Shown here: positions 24,943 through 33,835 of the stretch, one piece after another | How positions within the stretch are numbered: the first letter of the stretch is position 1 | Layout: each line of letters opens with the position of its first letter | Assembly (NCBI GenBank): GCA_964522695.1 | Contig: CAZFWX010000002.1 | Coordinates: 1 to 60,585 of the forward strand | Direction: 5' to 3' | DNA: 60,585 bases | From: an uncultured Desulfobacterales bacterium | GTDB taxonomy: Bacteria; Desulfobacterota; Desulfobaccia; Desulfobaccales; 0-14-0-80-60-11 | Notes under the pieces: model-generated | The model's database searches: none | What the model was told of the DNA's origin: nothing | Seen by the model: the letters and a program-made list of their open reading frames with translations, nothing else | Made by a program: the position numbers and the translations under genes

Positions 24943-25128
24943 GGATGTGGGTTTCCTCCTTCGCCCTAGGGGGGACGGGTTTCACGGCCCGGGCCTTGGC
25001 CGGACGCCCTCGGAGGCTCCAGGCGGCCCATGACCATGGGTAAACCTTACCACATTCAGATGCATCTGGGAAGCTGGACAGGCAGGCCTCAGGCGCGGCC
25101 TGCGCCTGCCAAGCTTTTTCAGCAGCAA

Positions 25129-26079
25129 TCAGGGGGTGGGGGGTAAGGGACACGAACCTCCGCCAGCCTGGCCCTGGGAGAGAGATCGTTTCATGAGGTT
25201 GGAGCCGGAGACGATTTTCTGGAGTTTGGCCCGGGCCGGGGGGGACAGCCCCAAATTCGGCAAATCGGCCTGAAAGGACTCCAGGGAGCCGTGCCCGGCC
25301 AGGTAGCCGTTGACCCGGGCCGCGGCAGTGGAATTGACCAGGTCTGCAGGCGCGGGATAAAGGAGCGCGAATTCCCGCCAGAGTTCCGGAACCTGACGAA
25401 GATAATATTTCTGGTGATAGTCCTCGGCCAGATAGAACGTGGATGCGGGCAGGATTTCCGTGAAAACCTTGCTCTTCAGGCGGGCCGCAACCCGTTCCCG
25501 GGATTCCAGCGCCAGTCGCCTTTGCTCTTCATTGTGGTAAAAAACCGCCGCCTTGTATTGCTGGGACCAGGCCTGACGGCCGGGTTGATGACCCTGCCAG
25601 AAAACCGCCAGCAATTGGGCGTAGGCAATCCTCTGGGGATCAAAGTCGATCTGCACCGTTTCGGTGTGATCTCCCAGGCGGTGATAGGTGGGATGGGGAG
25701 CGGCGCCCCCCGTGTATCCCACACGGGTGCGCAAAACGCCAGGCAAGGCCCCGAACTGGGCCTCAGGACCCCAAAATCACCCCAACGCGAAGGTGGCGGT
25801 TTCCACCTGAGCCGGAATCTGCAAATCTAGAGGCGGTATGGGAAGCTGACCACCCGGTTTGTCGGGGGTTTGGGTCATGATCATTCTCCCTGGGCGAGCG
25901 GGCGGGGGGGCGCCGGTTTTATTGTGAACAATTGTGCACAATATGGAAGTTAGGGTCAAGAGAAAGAGAACCGTCAGGGCGGTAAAGTGTTGGGAGGTCA
26001 TCCCAGGAATGGTATTTTTCCTTAATTTCATGGCGGCGATGCGAACGGTCATGAGCTTATGGAAACGTAGCCTTGACAT
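25129..26079 (-). CDS. msrA: Selenocysteine-containing peptide methionine sulfoxide reductase MsrA with an N-terminal hydrophobic anchor (in-frame TGA at 25777-25779 read as Sec); start uncertain
   Basis: Track ORFs 25777..26079 and 25129..25746 are in the same frame and join as ...ETATFALG-TGA-FWGPEAQFGALPGVLRTRVGYTGG... The MsrA active site is GCFWG, so the TGA replaces the catalytic Cys. The N-terminus has FTALTVLFLLTLTSILCTIV. Confidence 0.75.
25744..25765 (-). promoter_or_regulatory. Candidate bacterial SECIS hairpin downstream of the msrA UGA
   Basis: The mRNA reads UGA-UUUUGGGGUCC-UGAGGCCC-AGUUCG-GGGCCUUG. The 7-8 bp stem (core GGCCC/GGGCC) starts 14 nt after the UGA, and the 6-nt loop has G at position 2. 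Confidence 0.4.
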
Positions 26080-26244
26080 CAGGTTCAGTTCTTAGGCTCT
26101 GAATAAAATAATTGTAAATAATTATATATAAAATAAATAAGAAAAGAAGCCGCTTCTTGCCAGTGGGGACTGAAAAATATTTTCGAATAAAATAGTCCCC
26201 CTTTCCTCGGATTTTGGCTGGGGGAAAAATCTCTGAAAGCCTGC

Positions 26245-26850
26245 TCAGAACCCGCTGATGGTTGGTTCCTCTCCCAGGGCCAGGCGGCGAAGGTTTGCCA
26301 GGTGGCAGTAGAGCAGGAGACCGGAGAGCAGGCCCGCCAGCATGAGGTAGGGTTTGGGCTCGGTGAACAGGCCCACGGCCAGGGGCAAAAGCCAGGCGCA
26401 CGCCAGGGAGCTTACCGAAAAGATGCGGGTGCGGGCCAGGACGGCCAGGTAAACGATGGCCAGGTTTAGGGCTGCCCAGGGGGCGACGACAGCCACCACG
26501 CCGAAGGTGGTGGCCACGCCCTTGCCGCCGCGGAACTTGAGGAAAACAGGAAAGATGTGGCCCAGGACCGGGGCGGCGGCCACCGCGGCCACCCCGGTGT
26601 CGTGCCAGGTGCCGGGGGGGACCAGCCACAGCCAGGCGGCCAGCACAGGAACCGCACCTTTGACCGCGTCCCCGGCCAGGGTGAGGAGCCCGGCCCCGGG
26701 ACCCAAAAGACGGTACAGGTTGGCCGCCCCCAAATTGCCGCTGCCCGAGGTGCGGGGGTCGGGGCCGTGCAGCAGGCGGGCCACCAGAAGCCCGGTGGGC
26801 AGGGAGCCCAACAGGTAAGCAATCAGCAGCAGCACGAAAAACCCGGTCAT
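26245..26850 (-). CDS. plsY: Glycerol-3-phosphate acyltransferase PlsY
   Basis: 201 aa. YLLGSLPTGLLVARL...SGNLGAANL...GHIFPVFLKFRGGKGVAT are canonical PlsY motifs. Confidence 0.9.
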   Translation of the reverse strand: MTGFFVLLLIAYLLGSLPTGLLVARLLHGPDPRTSGSGNLGAANLYRLLGPGAGLLTLAGDAVKGAVPVLAAWLWLVPPGTWHDTGVAAVAAAPVLGHIFPVFLKFRGGKGVATTFGVVAVVAPWAALNLAIVYLAVLARTRIFSVSSLACAWLLPLAVGLFTEPKPYLMLAGLLSGLLLYCHLANLRRLALGEEPTISGF

Positions 26851-26940
26851 GGCGTATCGATCCCCCGTTGGCGATGGCCCCGCGCGGGGCGTTCTGGGGG
26901 AATTTTAAAGAAAAGTGGGTAAGAAGCCGATAAAAAAATT

Positions 26941-27267
26941 GTGGTGAGGTCTTGGGTCAGCGACGAGGGACATGTGACACGGACGATGAAGGTTGAGCCG
27001 ACGCTGATTGTGGCAAAGGGGCAGGCCGATAGGGAGCGCACCCCGGCTCGGCCTCGGAAGAAGAGTTCTCCTGCGAAGAACGGCCCGCCGAGCGTGGTGC
27101 TCCTCATCTCCCGGGAAAACCAGCAGGCCTGGCAACTCACCCCCCAATCCATCAAGGAGGCGGAGCAGCTTCTCAAGGAAATTCAGCAGCAACTGGCCAG
27201 AGAGTCGCCGGACCTGCTGACGGGAGTCCATGGCCTGGTCCGGAGCTGTCTGGTAACATTGCCCTGA
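26941..27267 (+). CDS. Hypothetical protein (weak call)
   Basis: This is the only non-shadow-looking ORF in the 670-nt gap between plsY and azoR. A plus-strand terminator-like hairpin lies 130 nt downstream. No family and no clear RBS. Confidence 0.25.
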   Translation: MVRSWVSDEGHVTRTMKVEPTLIVAKGQADRERTPARPRKKSSPAKNGPPSVVLLISRENQQAWQLTPQSIKEAEQLLKEIQQQLARESPDLLTGVHGLVRSCLVTLP

Positions 27268-27396
27268 GGAACTGAAAGCCGGGAGTGGGGCTAAAGGCCG
27301 CGGGCAGGGGGGCAGGTTCAGGCCCCCTCGCCGTTTAATGTTCAGAAACACGATCCTTCAAAGATAATTCTCAGGCACCAAACTCATAATGTGGGT

Positions 27397-27445
27397 CAGC
27401 CGCCAGCAAGATACAGCCGGGGGCGGCTGTTCTCCCTGTTTTTCC
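27397..27445 (+). terminator. Terminator-like hairpin plus a T-rich tract
   Basis: CAGCCGCC (27397-27404), a loop and GGCGGCTG (27422-27429) are followed by TTCTCCCTGTTTTT. Confidence 0.35.
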
Positions 27446-27521
27446 AGGGGCCTGGCTTCTTAGAATGTTTTCAGGGGTGAATTTGCCCCCCGGCCCTCCC
27501 TTCACGCCATGCCTGCCTGCC

Positions 27522-28154
27522 TCAAAAAACTTTGGCCATCTCCCGGGCCTGGGCCATGGCGGCCTCCCGCCGGGCCCTGGCCACCTCCGGCCCCTGCTCC
27601 AGGGTGGGCTCCACCAGGACCGTGCGGATGTCAGTGAAGCCGATAAATTTCAAAATGAAATCCAGATAGGGCATCTGGAAGTCCGCGGTTGCGGCAGGCG
27701 TGCCGGGGGGATATGACCCGCCCCGGGCGCTGGCAATGAAGATGGGCTTGCCGGTAACCAGGCCCACATAGCCGGTCTCCGGAGAATAGCTGAAGGTGTA
27801 AGTGGGCTGCACCAGGATATCCAGGTATTGCTTCAGCCGGTAGGGGATGGAAAAGTTCCACATAGGCGTGGCCAGGACATACTTGTCCGCGGCCTTGAAT
27901 TGACCGATGATCTCCTCCACCTGCCGCCAGGCCGCGGCTTCTTCCGAGGGGTGGGGCTGGCCGTGCAGGATGTTGTACTTGGCGTTGACTAGTAAGCCAT
28001 CAAAAGCGGGCATATCGGCCGCGAAAAGGTCCAAGGTGATGATCTGGTCCCCCGGATGCAGTTCCCGGTAAGTGTGGAGGAAGGCGTCGGCCACCGCCAC
28101 GGCATGGGAGCGGCCGCCCCGGGGCGAGGCCTTGAGATGGAGCAGGCTGGACAT
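27522..28154 (-). CDS. azoR: FMN-dependent NADH-azoreductase (AzoR/AcpD family)
   Basis: 210 aa. MSSLLHLKASPRGGRSHAVAVADAF...ITLDLFA...ADKYVLATPMWNFSIPY fits the family pattern. AAGGAG RBS. Confidence 0.85.
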   Translation of the reverse strand: MSSLLHLKASPRGGRSHAVAVADAFLHTYRELHPGDQIITLDLFAADMPAFDGLLVNAKYNILHGQPHPSEEAAAWRQVEEIIGQFKAADKYVLATPMWNFSIPYRLKQYLDILVQPTYTFSYSPETGYVGLVTGKPIFIASARGGSYPPGTPAATADFQMPYLDFILKFIGFTDIRTVLVEPTLEQGPEVARARREAAMAQAREMAKVF

Positions 28155-28302
28155 GGCAATCTCCTTGCGAGGGGAATATTCTTAACATGAGCATTCCCCG
28201 CTGACCGCGCCAGCCAAGATGGCGGGGACGGAGAAATTTCCTTTGCCGCCCGAAAGCCATTGTCGCATTTCAGGATTAGCCTACAAGATTATCGGCGCTC
28301 CA

Positions 28303-28432
28303 TTCTCCCCCTCCCCTGGTGGGAGGGGGTTGGGGGGAGGGGGAGCTTCTTTGGCAAGATTTGAGAAATCTTAATGAAAATTTACCACCCTCACCCCAGC
28401 CCTCCCCCATCAAGGGGGAGGGAGAATAAGGC
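28303..28432. repeat. Inverted pair of G-rich hairpin units (MITE-like), locus C
   Basis: The left unit (28303-28345) is TTCTCCCCCTCCCCTGGTGGGAGGGGGTTGGGGGGAGGGGG. The right unit (28385-28432) is CCACCCTCACCCCAGCCCTCCCCCATCAAGGGGGAGGGAGAA, in reverse orientation. Confidence 0.8.
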
Positions 28433-28477
28433 AGATTTCCCAAGGCGACTTCGTTTGCTTATTTCTGCAACGCGACA

Positions 28478-29029
28478 CTATCTGTAGGTTTTCAGAAACT
28501 CGGCGGCGCTGACCACCCGGGCATAGATAAAGCTCAGGGCCGACAGAAAGGCCAGGTGAACCTGCTGGCCGGGAATACGCTCATCTCCAAAGGTGAGGGT
28601 GCGCGTGGCGCAGGCGTCATGGACCACGGTGACCTGAAAGCCGTAATCAAATGCGGCCCGCACCGTGGCGTCGACGCACATATGGGTCATCATGCCCGCC
28701 ACCACCACGTCATTCACCTGTCTTTCCCGGAGATGCTCAAGCAAGGCCGTCTCCCGGAAGCTGTTGGGAAAGTGTTTGTGGATAATGGCCTCGCCGGGGA
28801 GCGGGGCCACATGGGAATGAATTTTCACCCCCTCGGAGTCCGGCAAAAAGAAGGGGGCGCCGGGCCGGTTGGCTATATGCTGGATATGCACCAGGGGCCA
28901 GGACTTCCGCCGGAACAGGGCCAGGACTTGGCCGGCCTTCAGGCTGGCTGCCGGGCTGCCTTCCAGCTCCATTTTGCCCCCGGGAAAATAGTCGTTCTGA
29001 ATATCGATGAGAAGCAGTGCGGTTGTCAT
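28478..29029 (-). CDS. Isochorismatase-family cysteine hydrolase
   Basis: 183 aa from ATG 29029 (AAGGAAAAAACC upstream). Contains ALLLIDIQNDYF and VVAGMMTHMCVDATVR (catalytic Cys context). Confidence 0.85.
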   Translation of the reverse strand: MTTALLLIDIQNDYFPGGKMELEGSPAASLKAGQVLALFRRKSWPLVHIQHIANRPGAPFFLPDSEGVKIHSHVAPLPGEAIIHKHFPNSFRETALLEHLRERQVNDVVVAGMMTHMCVDATVRAAFDYGFQVTVVHDACATRTLTFGDERIPGQQVHLAFLSALSFIYARVVSAAEFLKTYR

Positions 29030-29120
29030 GGTTTTTTCCTTAACGAAAGCAATGAAGGGGTGGGGGGATGGGGTGTGCATCGGGAAAAAGAGGTCTAGCC
29101 CTTTTCCCGCCTTCGCCACC

Positions 29121-30413
29121 TCATGCACTGAACAGTTGCACCGCCACCGTCTCGCCCCGGTTCAGGCCCTCGGTTTCCAAGGGGATCATGACCAGGCCGT
29201 GGCTCTGCACCATGGGTGAGAGCAAGGCCGAGGGTCCCAGGATAGGGTCGGCCCAGAGGGTTTCGCCTTCCTGGCGCAGGCGCACCCGAACAAAATCCTC
29301 CCGGCCGCTGGCCCCGGCCAGGTTGCGGGAAAGCTGGGCCGCGACCACACTGGACCAGGGGGCGGGGTCTTCACTCAGACCGGCCAGGCGGGCCAACAGG
29401 GGTTTGCCCAGCACCTCCATAACCACCGCCGCGGAGGACGGATGGCCCGGCAGGCCCAGCAGGGGTTTGCCGTCCGCGTCGGCCAGGATGGTGGGTTTGC
29501 CCGGCCGAATGGCCACGCCGTGCACCAGGATTTCGGTTTGCGGCAGGTCCCGGATGGCCGCCAGGGTGAGATCCCGGGTCCCCACCGAGGAGCCGCCGGA
29601 GATGAGCAGCAGGTCGGCTGCGTCCAGGGCCGCGGCCAGGGCGCCGCGAATGGCTGAAAAATCATCGGGGAGGATGCCGCGTATCAGCGGGACGCCACCT
29701 GCCGCAACCACCTGGGCCGCGGCGAGATAGGCGTTGCTGTCCCGCACCTGGCCGGGACGGGGTTTTTTATGGAGGGGGATGACTTCATCTCCAGAAGAGA
29801 GAATCGCCACCTTGGGCTGGGCATACACGGTCAGCCGCCTCACCCCCAGGGCAGCCAGGAGCCCCACGTCCTGGGGACGCAGGCGGCAACCGGAGGGAAA
29901 CAGCATCTGTCCGGCGCGGACGTCGTCGCCGGGGGCCAGCACGTGTTCCCCCGGGGCCACGGCCCGGCGCACCTCCAGGGTGCGATCCGGGTGCTCGGCG
30001 GTGTATTCCACCATGACGAGAGCGTCAGCGCCGGGGGGCAGCATGCCCCCGGTGGGCAGGCGCAGGGCCTCGCCCGGTCCCACGCCCCGGTCCGGGACGG
30101 CCCCCATGGCCACTTCCCCGGTAAGGTTCAGGTACTGGGGCATGCCGGGGCTGGCCCCGAAGGTGTCCGCGGCCCGGACCGCGTAACCGTCCATGGTGGC
30201 TCGGGGAAAATCGGGCAACGCCTCGGGGGAAGCCAGGTCCGCGGCCAGGACCCGGCCCGCGGCCGCAGCCAGATCCACGTCTTCCTGAGCTACAGGCAGA
30301 AACTTGAGATACTGCGCCAGGACTTCCGGGCGGGTTTGGAGGCGGAAAAATTCTAATTGGGCCATTGGGGAAGAACCGTAAGAATCAGAATTGCCAGCCG
30401 TAAAGGAGTCCAT
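29121..30413 (-). CDS. moeA: Molybdopterin molybdenumtransferase MoeA
   Basis: LPDFPRATMDGYAVRA...ILSSGDEV...ISGGSSVG...IRPGKP are MoeA motifs. The alternative start ATG 30365 would avoid overlap with the upstream gene. Confidence 0.9.
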   Translation of the reverse strand: MDSFTAGNSDSYGSSPMAQLEFFRLQTRPEVLAQYLKFLPVAQEDVDLAAAAGRVLAADLASPEALPDFPRATMDGYAVRAADTFGASPGMPQYLNLTGEVAMGAVPDRGVGPGEALRLPTGGMLPPGADALVMVEYTAEHPDRTLEVRRAVAPGEHVLAPGDDVRAGQMLFPSGCRLRPQDVGLLAALGVRRLTVYAQPKVAILSSGDEVIPLHKKPRPGQVRDSNAYLAAAQVVAAGGVPLIRGILPDDFSAIRGALAAALDAADLLLISGGSSVGTRDLTLAAIRDLPQTEILVHGVAIRPGKPTILADADGKPLLGLPGHPSSAAVVMEVLGKPLLARLAGLSEDPAPWSSVVAAQLSRNLAGASGREDFVRVRLRQEGETLWADPILGPSALLSPMVQSHGLVMIPLETEGLNRGETVAVQLFSA

Positions 30414-30759
30414 AGGCCAGCCAGGGAATCAGCACGCAGACCAGCATCTGCAAAAATCTGACGAGGCGGCGGCCCCGGCTGACGAGAGCCGCTCTGTCCG
30501 CAGGGGACATCTGCCCGAAACCTGGCGCGGCGAAGCGGGCGTGGGTGATGATGATCCGGTAATTGATCTCCCCCACCAGAAAGTAGGTGAACAGAAAACC
30601 GGCGATGAAATAGAGGGCGGCCTGGGAGGTGGCGAAGGCCTGCCAGCCGCCGGCTTGCAGGTGCAGCAGCAACCCCAGGCTGAAGAAAATGCAGACGCCC
30701 TCCAGGCGGTAGTCGGCGACCATGTTGCCTTTCCAGATGCGGTATTCTTCTTCGTTCAT
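30385..30759 (-). CDS. Small hypothetical membrane protein (124 aa)
   Basis: ATG 30759 with GGAG upstream and 3 predicted TM stretches. The track start at 30924 would read through REP units (GGMRFAFPPY...). Confidence 0.5.
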   Translation of the reverse strand: MNEEEYRIWKGNMVADYRLEGVCIFFSLGLLLHLQAGGWQAFATSQAALYFIAGFLFTYFLVGEINYRIIITHARFAAPGFGQMSPADRAALVSRGRRLVRFLQMLVCVLIPWLAYGLLYGWQF

Positions 30760-30784
30760 GGGCTTCTCCGCCCGCCGAGCAACT

Positions 30785-30864
30785 GCACAGGCTGGAAAGC
30801 CTGTGCCACCAGAAAATTTGAATATTTTTAACAGGTAGGGCGGGAAAGCGAAGCGCATCCCGCC
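30785..30864. repeat. Compound REP locus: CACAGGCTGGAAAGCCTGTGCCACC unit plus GGGCGGGAAAGC..CATCCCGCC unit
   Basis: GCACAGGCTGGAAAGCCTGTGCCACC (30785-30810) and GTAGGGCGGGAAAGCGAAGCGCATCCCGCC (30835-30864). Confidence 0.75.
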
Positions 30865-30930
30865 GCTAAATCTTGGTGTTGCAGGTGTAGCACCGGTGTG
30901 GACACCCGGGGGCGGGTGTCCCACATCATC

Positions 30931-31233
30931 TTATTCTTCTGGCAGCGCCGAGGAAGAATCTGCGGCCGGAGCCTTTTCCTCCTGATCCTGTTTGGCCCGC
31001 CACTCCTTTTCCGTCAGCACCGGCTCGGGCGGCAGACCGGCCTGTTTGCGCGCGGCATTCTCTTTTTCGGCCTCCTGCCGGTAAGTCTCATATTCTTTCC
31101 GGGCTTCCTCTCTCTTGGCCTTTCTATGTTTATGCACCTTGACAGCCACAACGGCAGGAACCACGGCCACGCAGCCCGGGGCGAAGAAGGCTAAGGAGAA
31201 GATTGCCGCCAACTTTATGAAAAACGACTTCAT
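30931..31233 (-). CDS. Small lipoprotein-like/anchored protein with a charged Lys/Glu-rich tail
   Basis: MKSFFIKLAAIFSLAFFAPGC has a lipobox-like FAPGC. 100 aa from ATG 31233. Confidence 0.45.
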   Translation of the reverse strand: MKSFFIKLAAIFSLAFFAPGCVAVVPAVVAVKVHKHRKAKREEARKEYETYRQEAEKENAARKQAGLPPEPVLTEKEWRAKQDQEEKAPAADSSSALPEE

Positions 31234-31373
31234 CACAGAAAGCCAGTGGTGCGCTCTGCGCACCCCGCAATTCACAGGAAATGGTGGGCAGCTCCCACCC
31301 GACAAATAATTCCAGGGGTTGGGGAATGGGGTCTGAGGCCTGTCATCCTTGACCCCCCCCCAGTTCCATTATC

Positions 31374-33404
31374 CTAAATTCGGGAAAAAATCCGCACGTC
31401 CACCGCGAAGAGGCCCTTGTCATAGAGGAGCAGAGGATTAATTTCGATCTGGTCCAGTTCCGGGTGACGCTCGGCGAAGCGGCACAGGGCCTGCATGGCC
31501 ATTTTCAGGGCCGCCAGGTCGAACTTGGGGCCGCCCCGGTAGCCGGTGAGGAGCGGATAGCCCTTGATGCCCCGGATGAGCCGGTCCAATTCCTCGTCGT
31601 CCGGGGGGATGAAGCAGAAGCCCACATCCCGGTAGAGTTCGGTGTAGATGCCGCCCAGGCCGAACATCAGGACCGGGCCGTACTGGGGATCGGTGATGGT
31701 CCCCAGGATCAGTTCCAGGCCTCCCGGCTTGGCCATGGGGGAGACGGTGACGCCATCCACCCGGGCGTCCCGTTCCTTAAGACGCACGGAGGCCATGATC
31801 TCCTGGTAGGCCTGGCGCACTTCTTCATTGTTCATCAGGAAAAGCTGCACCCCGCCCGCGTCGCTTTTGTGGGGCAGATCCGGGGAAGCGACTTTCAGGG
31901 CCACGGGGAAGCCGAACTCCCCGGCCAGCTTGACGGCCTCTTCGGCATCCGCTGCCAAGGGCGCGGCCGCGGCGGGAATGCCTGCCTCGCTGAGCATGAG
32001 AGCAGCTTCGGCCGCGGGCAGCAGGCGCAGGCCCGGGACGGGCGCCGGGGCCATGGCCTCGGGGCGGAAGGGGGGCGCGGGCTCAAAACGGAGGAACTGG
32101 GCCAGGGCCCGCACCCCCCGCTCGGGGGTGGGAAAGACGGGCACGCCCTGGGCATAAAGTTTTTGCCGTTCTTCCTGCTCCACGTCAGCGCCGCCCAGAA
32201 AGATGACCAGTTCTTTGCCGCCAACCGTAACCTGGGCGGCGGCTTCGGGGATGGGATCGCCGAAGATCACCACCTGGTAGTCGTATTCCCGGGAGGTTTC
32301 GTCCATCACCTGCCGGTAGAGCTGGGGGGCGCTGATGGCGTCGCCGGTGAGGTCGATGGGGTTGCCCACGGCGCAGTGGGCCGGCAGCATTTCCTGGAGC
32401 CTTTTCTTAAGGGAGGGATTGGGAGGCGGGACCTCCAGGCCGTGCTTTTCCGCCTCGTCAATGGCCAGGATGGCCGCGCCCCCCGATGAGGTGGTGATCA
32501 TCAGGCGGCGGCCCCGGGGTTTGGGAAGATAGGCCAGGGCCTTGGCGAAGTCGAAGAGTTCCTCCAAAGTGTCGGCCCGGTATACTTTGTATTTGCGGAA
32601 GAGGGTGTCATAGATGGCGTCCGCGCCCGCCAGGGATTTGGTGTGGGATTCGGCAGCCTTGCTCCCCTGCACCGTGCGCCCGGCCTTAAGAATGACAATG
32701 GGCTTTTCGGCCTCGCGCAGGGCGTCCAGAAAATAGGTGGGGCGCTTCACCCCTTCCAGATACAGGGCGAGGACCTGGGTGTGAGGGTCGGCATTGAAAT
32801 ACTGGATGACCTCGGCTTCGTCCACGTCCACCCGGTTGCCCAGGGAGACGAAGGCGCTGACCCCCAGGCCTTCGGCCGCGGCCAGATCCAGGAAGGCCGC
32901 GCCCACAGTGCCGCTCTGGGAAGCGAAGGCGATCTTGCCTTTGGTGGTGATGAGCGGCCAGGAGGCGCACATGAGGTGGTGCGGATTGTTCACGCCCTGG
33001 CAGTTGGGGCCGATGACCCTGATCCCCGTGCGCCGGATCACCTGGGCCATTTCATCTTGCAGCCGCTGGCCGTCCTCGCCTGCTTCGGCGAAGCCGCCGG
33101 TGATGACGATGGCGGCCTTGACCCCGGCCGCGGCGCATTGCTCCAGGGTGGAGGTGACGATCTTGGCGGGGATGACCACCACCGCCAAGTCCGCCGGGGT
33201 GGGCGTGTCGGCGATGGATTTAATGACCTTGAGCCCCAGGATTTCGTCGGCCTTGGGGTTGATGGGGTAGAGTTCCCCGGCGAAGCCGCCGTTTTTCAGG
33301 TTGGCTAAAATATCGTGCCCCAGTTTCCCGGGCACGGTGGAGGCGCCGATGACGGCCACGCTATTGGGGCGAAAGATGGGTTCCAGGGTGGCGAGAGTAT
33401 CCAT
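31374..33404 (-). CDS. ADP-forming acetyl/acyl-CoA synthetase (fused alpha-beta; CoA-binding + succinyl-CoA-synthetase-like + ATP-grasp)
   Basis: 676 aa. SVAVIGAS..PGKLGHDIL, GPNCQG, SQSGT and a C-terminal ATP-grasp domain. GAGGAGG RBS. Confidence 0.9.
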   Translation of the reverse strand: MDTLATLEPIFRPNSVAVIGASTVPGKLGHDILANLKNGGFAGELYPINPKADEILGLKVIKSIADTPTPADLAVVVIPAKIVTSTLEQCAAAGVKAAIVITGGFAEAGEDGQRLQDEMAQVIRRTGIRVIGPNCQGVNNPHHLMCASWPLITTKGKIAFASQSGTVGAAFLDLAAAEGLGVSAFVSLGNRVDVDEAEVIQYFNADPHTQVLALYLEGVKRPTYFLDALREAEKPIVILKAGRTVQGSKAAESHTKSLAGADAIYDTLFRKYKVYRADTLEELFDFAKALAYLPKPRGRRLMITTSSGGAAILAIDEAEKHGLEVPPPNPSLKKRLQEMLPAHCAVGNPIDLTGDAISAPQLYRQVMDETSREYDYQVVIFGDPIPEAAAQVTVGGKELVIFLGGADVEQEERQKLYAQGVPVFPTPERGVRALAQFLRFEPAPPFRPEAMAPAPVPGLRLLPAAEAALMLSEAGIPAAAAPLAADAEEAVKLAGEFGFPVALKVASPDLPHKSDAGGVQLFLMNNEEVRQAYQEIMASVRLKERDARVDGVTVSPMAKPGGLELILGTITDPQYGPVLMFGLGGIYTELYRDVGFCFIPPDDEELDRLIRGIKGYPLLTGYRGGPKFDLAALKMAMQALCRFAERHPELDQIEINPLLLYDKGLFAVDVRIFSRI

Positions 33405-33771
33405 GGGGGCCTCCTCGGAGTATGAAAATCTTGGGTGACCAAATCATAGCATACCGGTGGGAAAGACGGAAAGGGAAGGGCGGGGCGGTTCGACCAAAAA
33501 TTTGGGGAAACGGAACTGTACGGGAAAAGTTGATCCCCCTTGCTCCCAAGCTGAGCCTGGCGCACATCCACGTTCCCCATTGCACCGCGATATCTCTGCG
33601 AAATTCATGCAAAACAGCCGCTCCGGGCTGTCTACTGCAGGCAAGGGCGCCTGCCCCCGTCATTTTGCGGCTAAAGGATAATACTGGCTTGGCAGAGATG
33701 ATATTCGCAGAAGTGTTGGCTTGGGGACAGGAGAAAAAACCCGGGAACCACTTGGAAGCTGTGGTCTCCGA

Positions 33772-33800
33772 TTGACATCCCCGGTCCTTTGACATAGGGT
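33772..33800 (+). promoter_or_regulatory. Candidate sigma-70 promoter of the L,D-transpeptidase gene
   Basis: TTGACA (33772-33777), a 17-nt spacer, then TAGGGT (33795-33800), about 36 nt upstream of the ATG. Confidence 0.3.
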
Positions 33801-33835
33801 TTGGGGCCAGGAGAGCCACGACCGGAGAAAGGAGG

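Noticed and set aside
25777-25779. Reading the TGA as a genuine stop, so that msrA is a pseudogene or two separate genes.
   Set aside because: The TGA falls exactly on the catalytic Cys codon of the GCFWG motif, the frame is preserved on both sides, and a hairpin follows at SECIS distance. The downstream part would otherwise need a TTG start and would lack the nucleophile. This still needs the Sec machinery to be confirmed.
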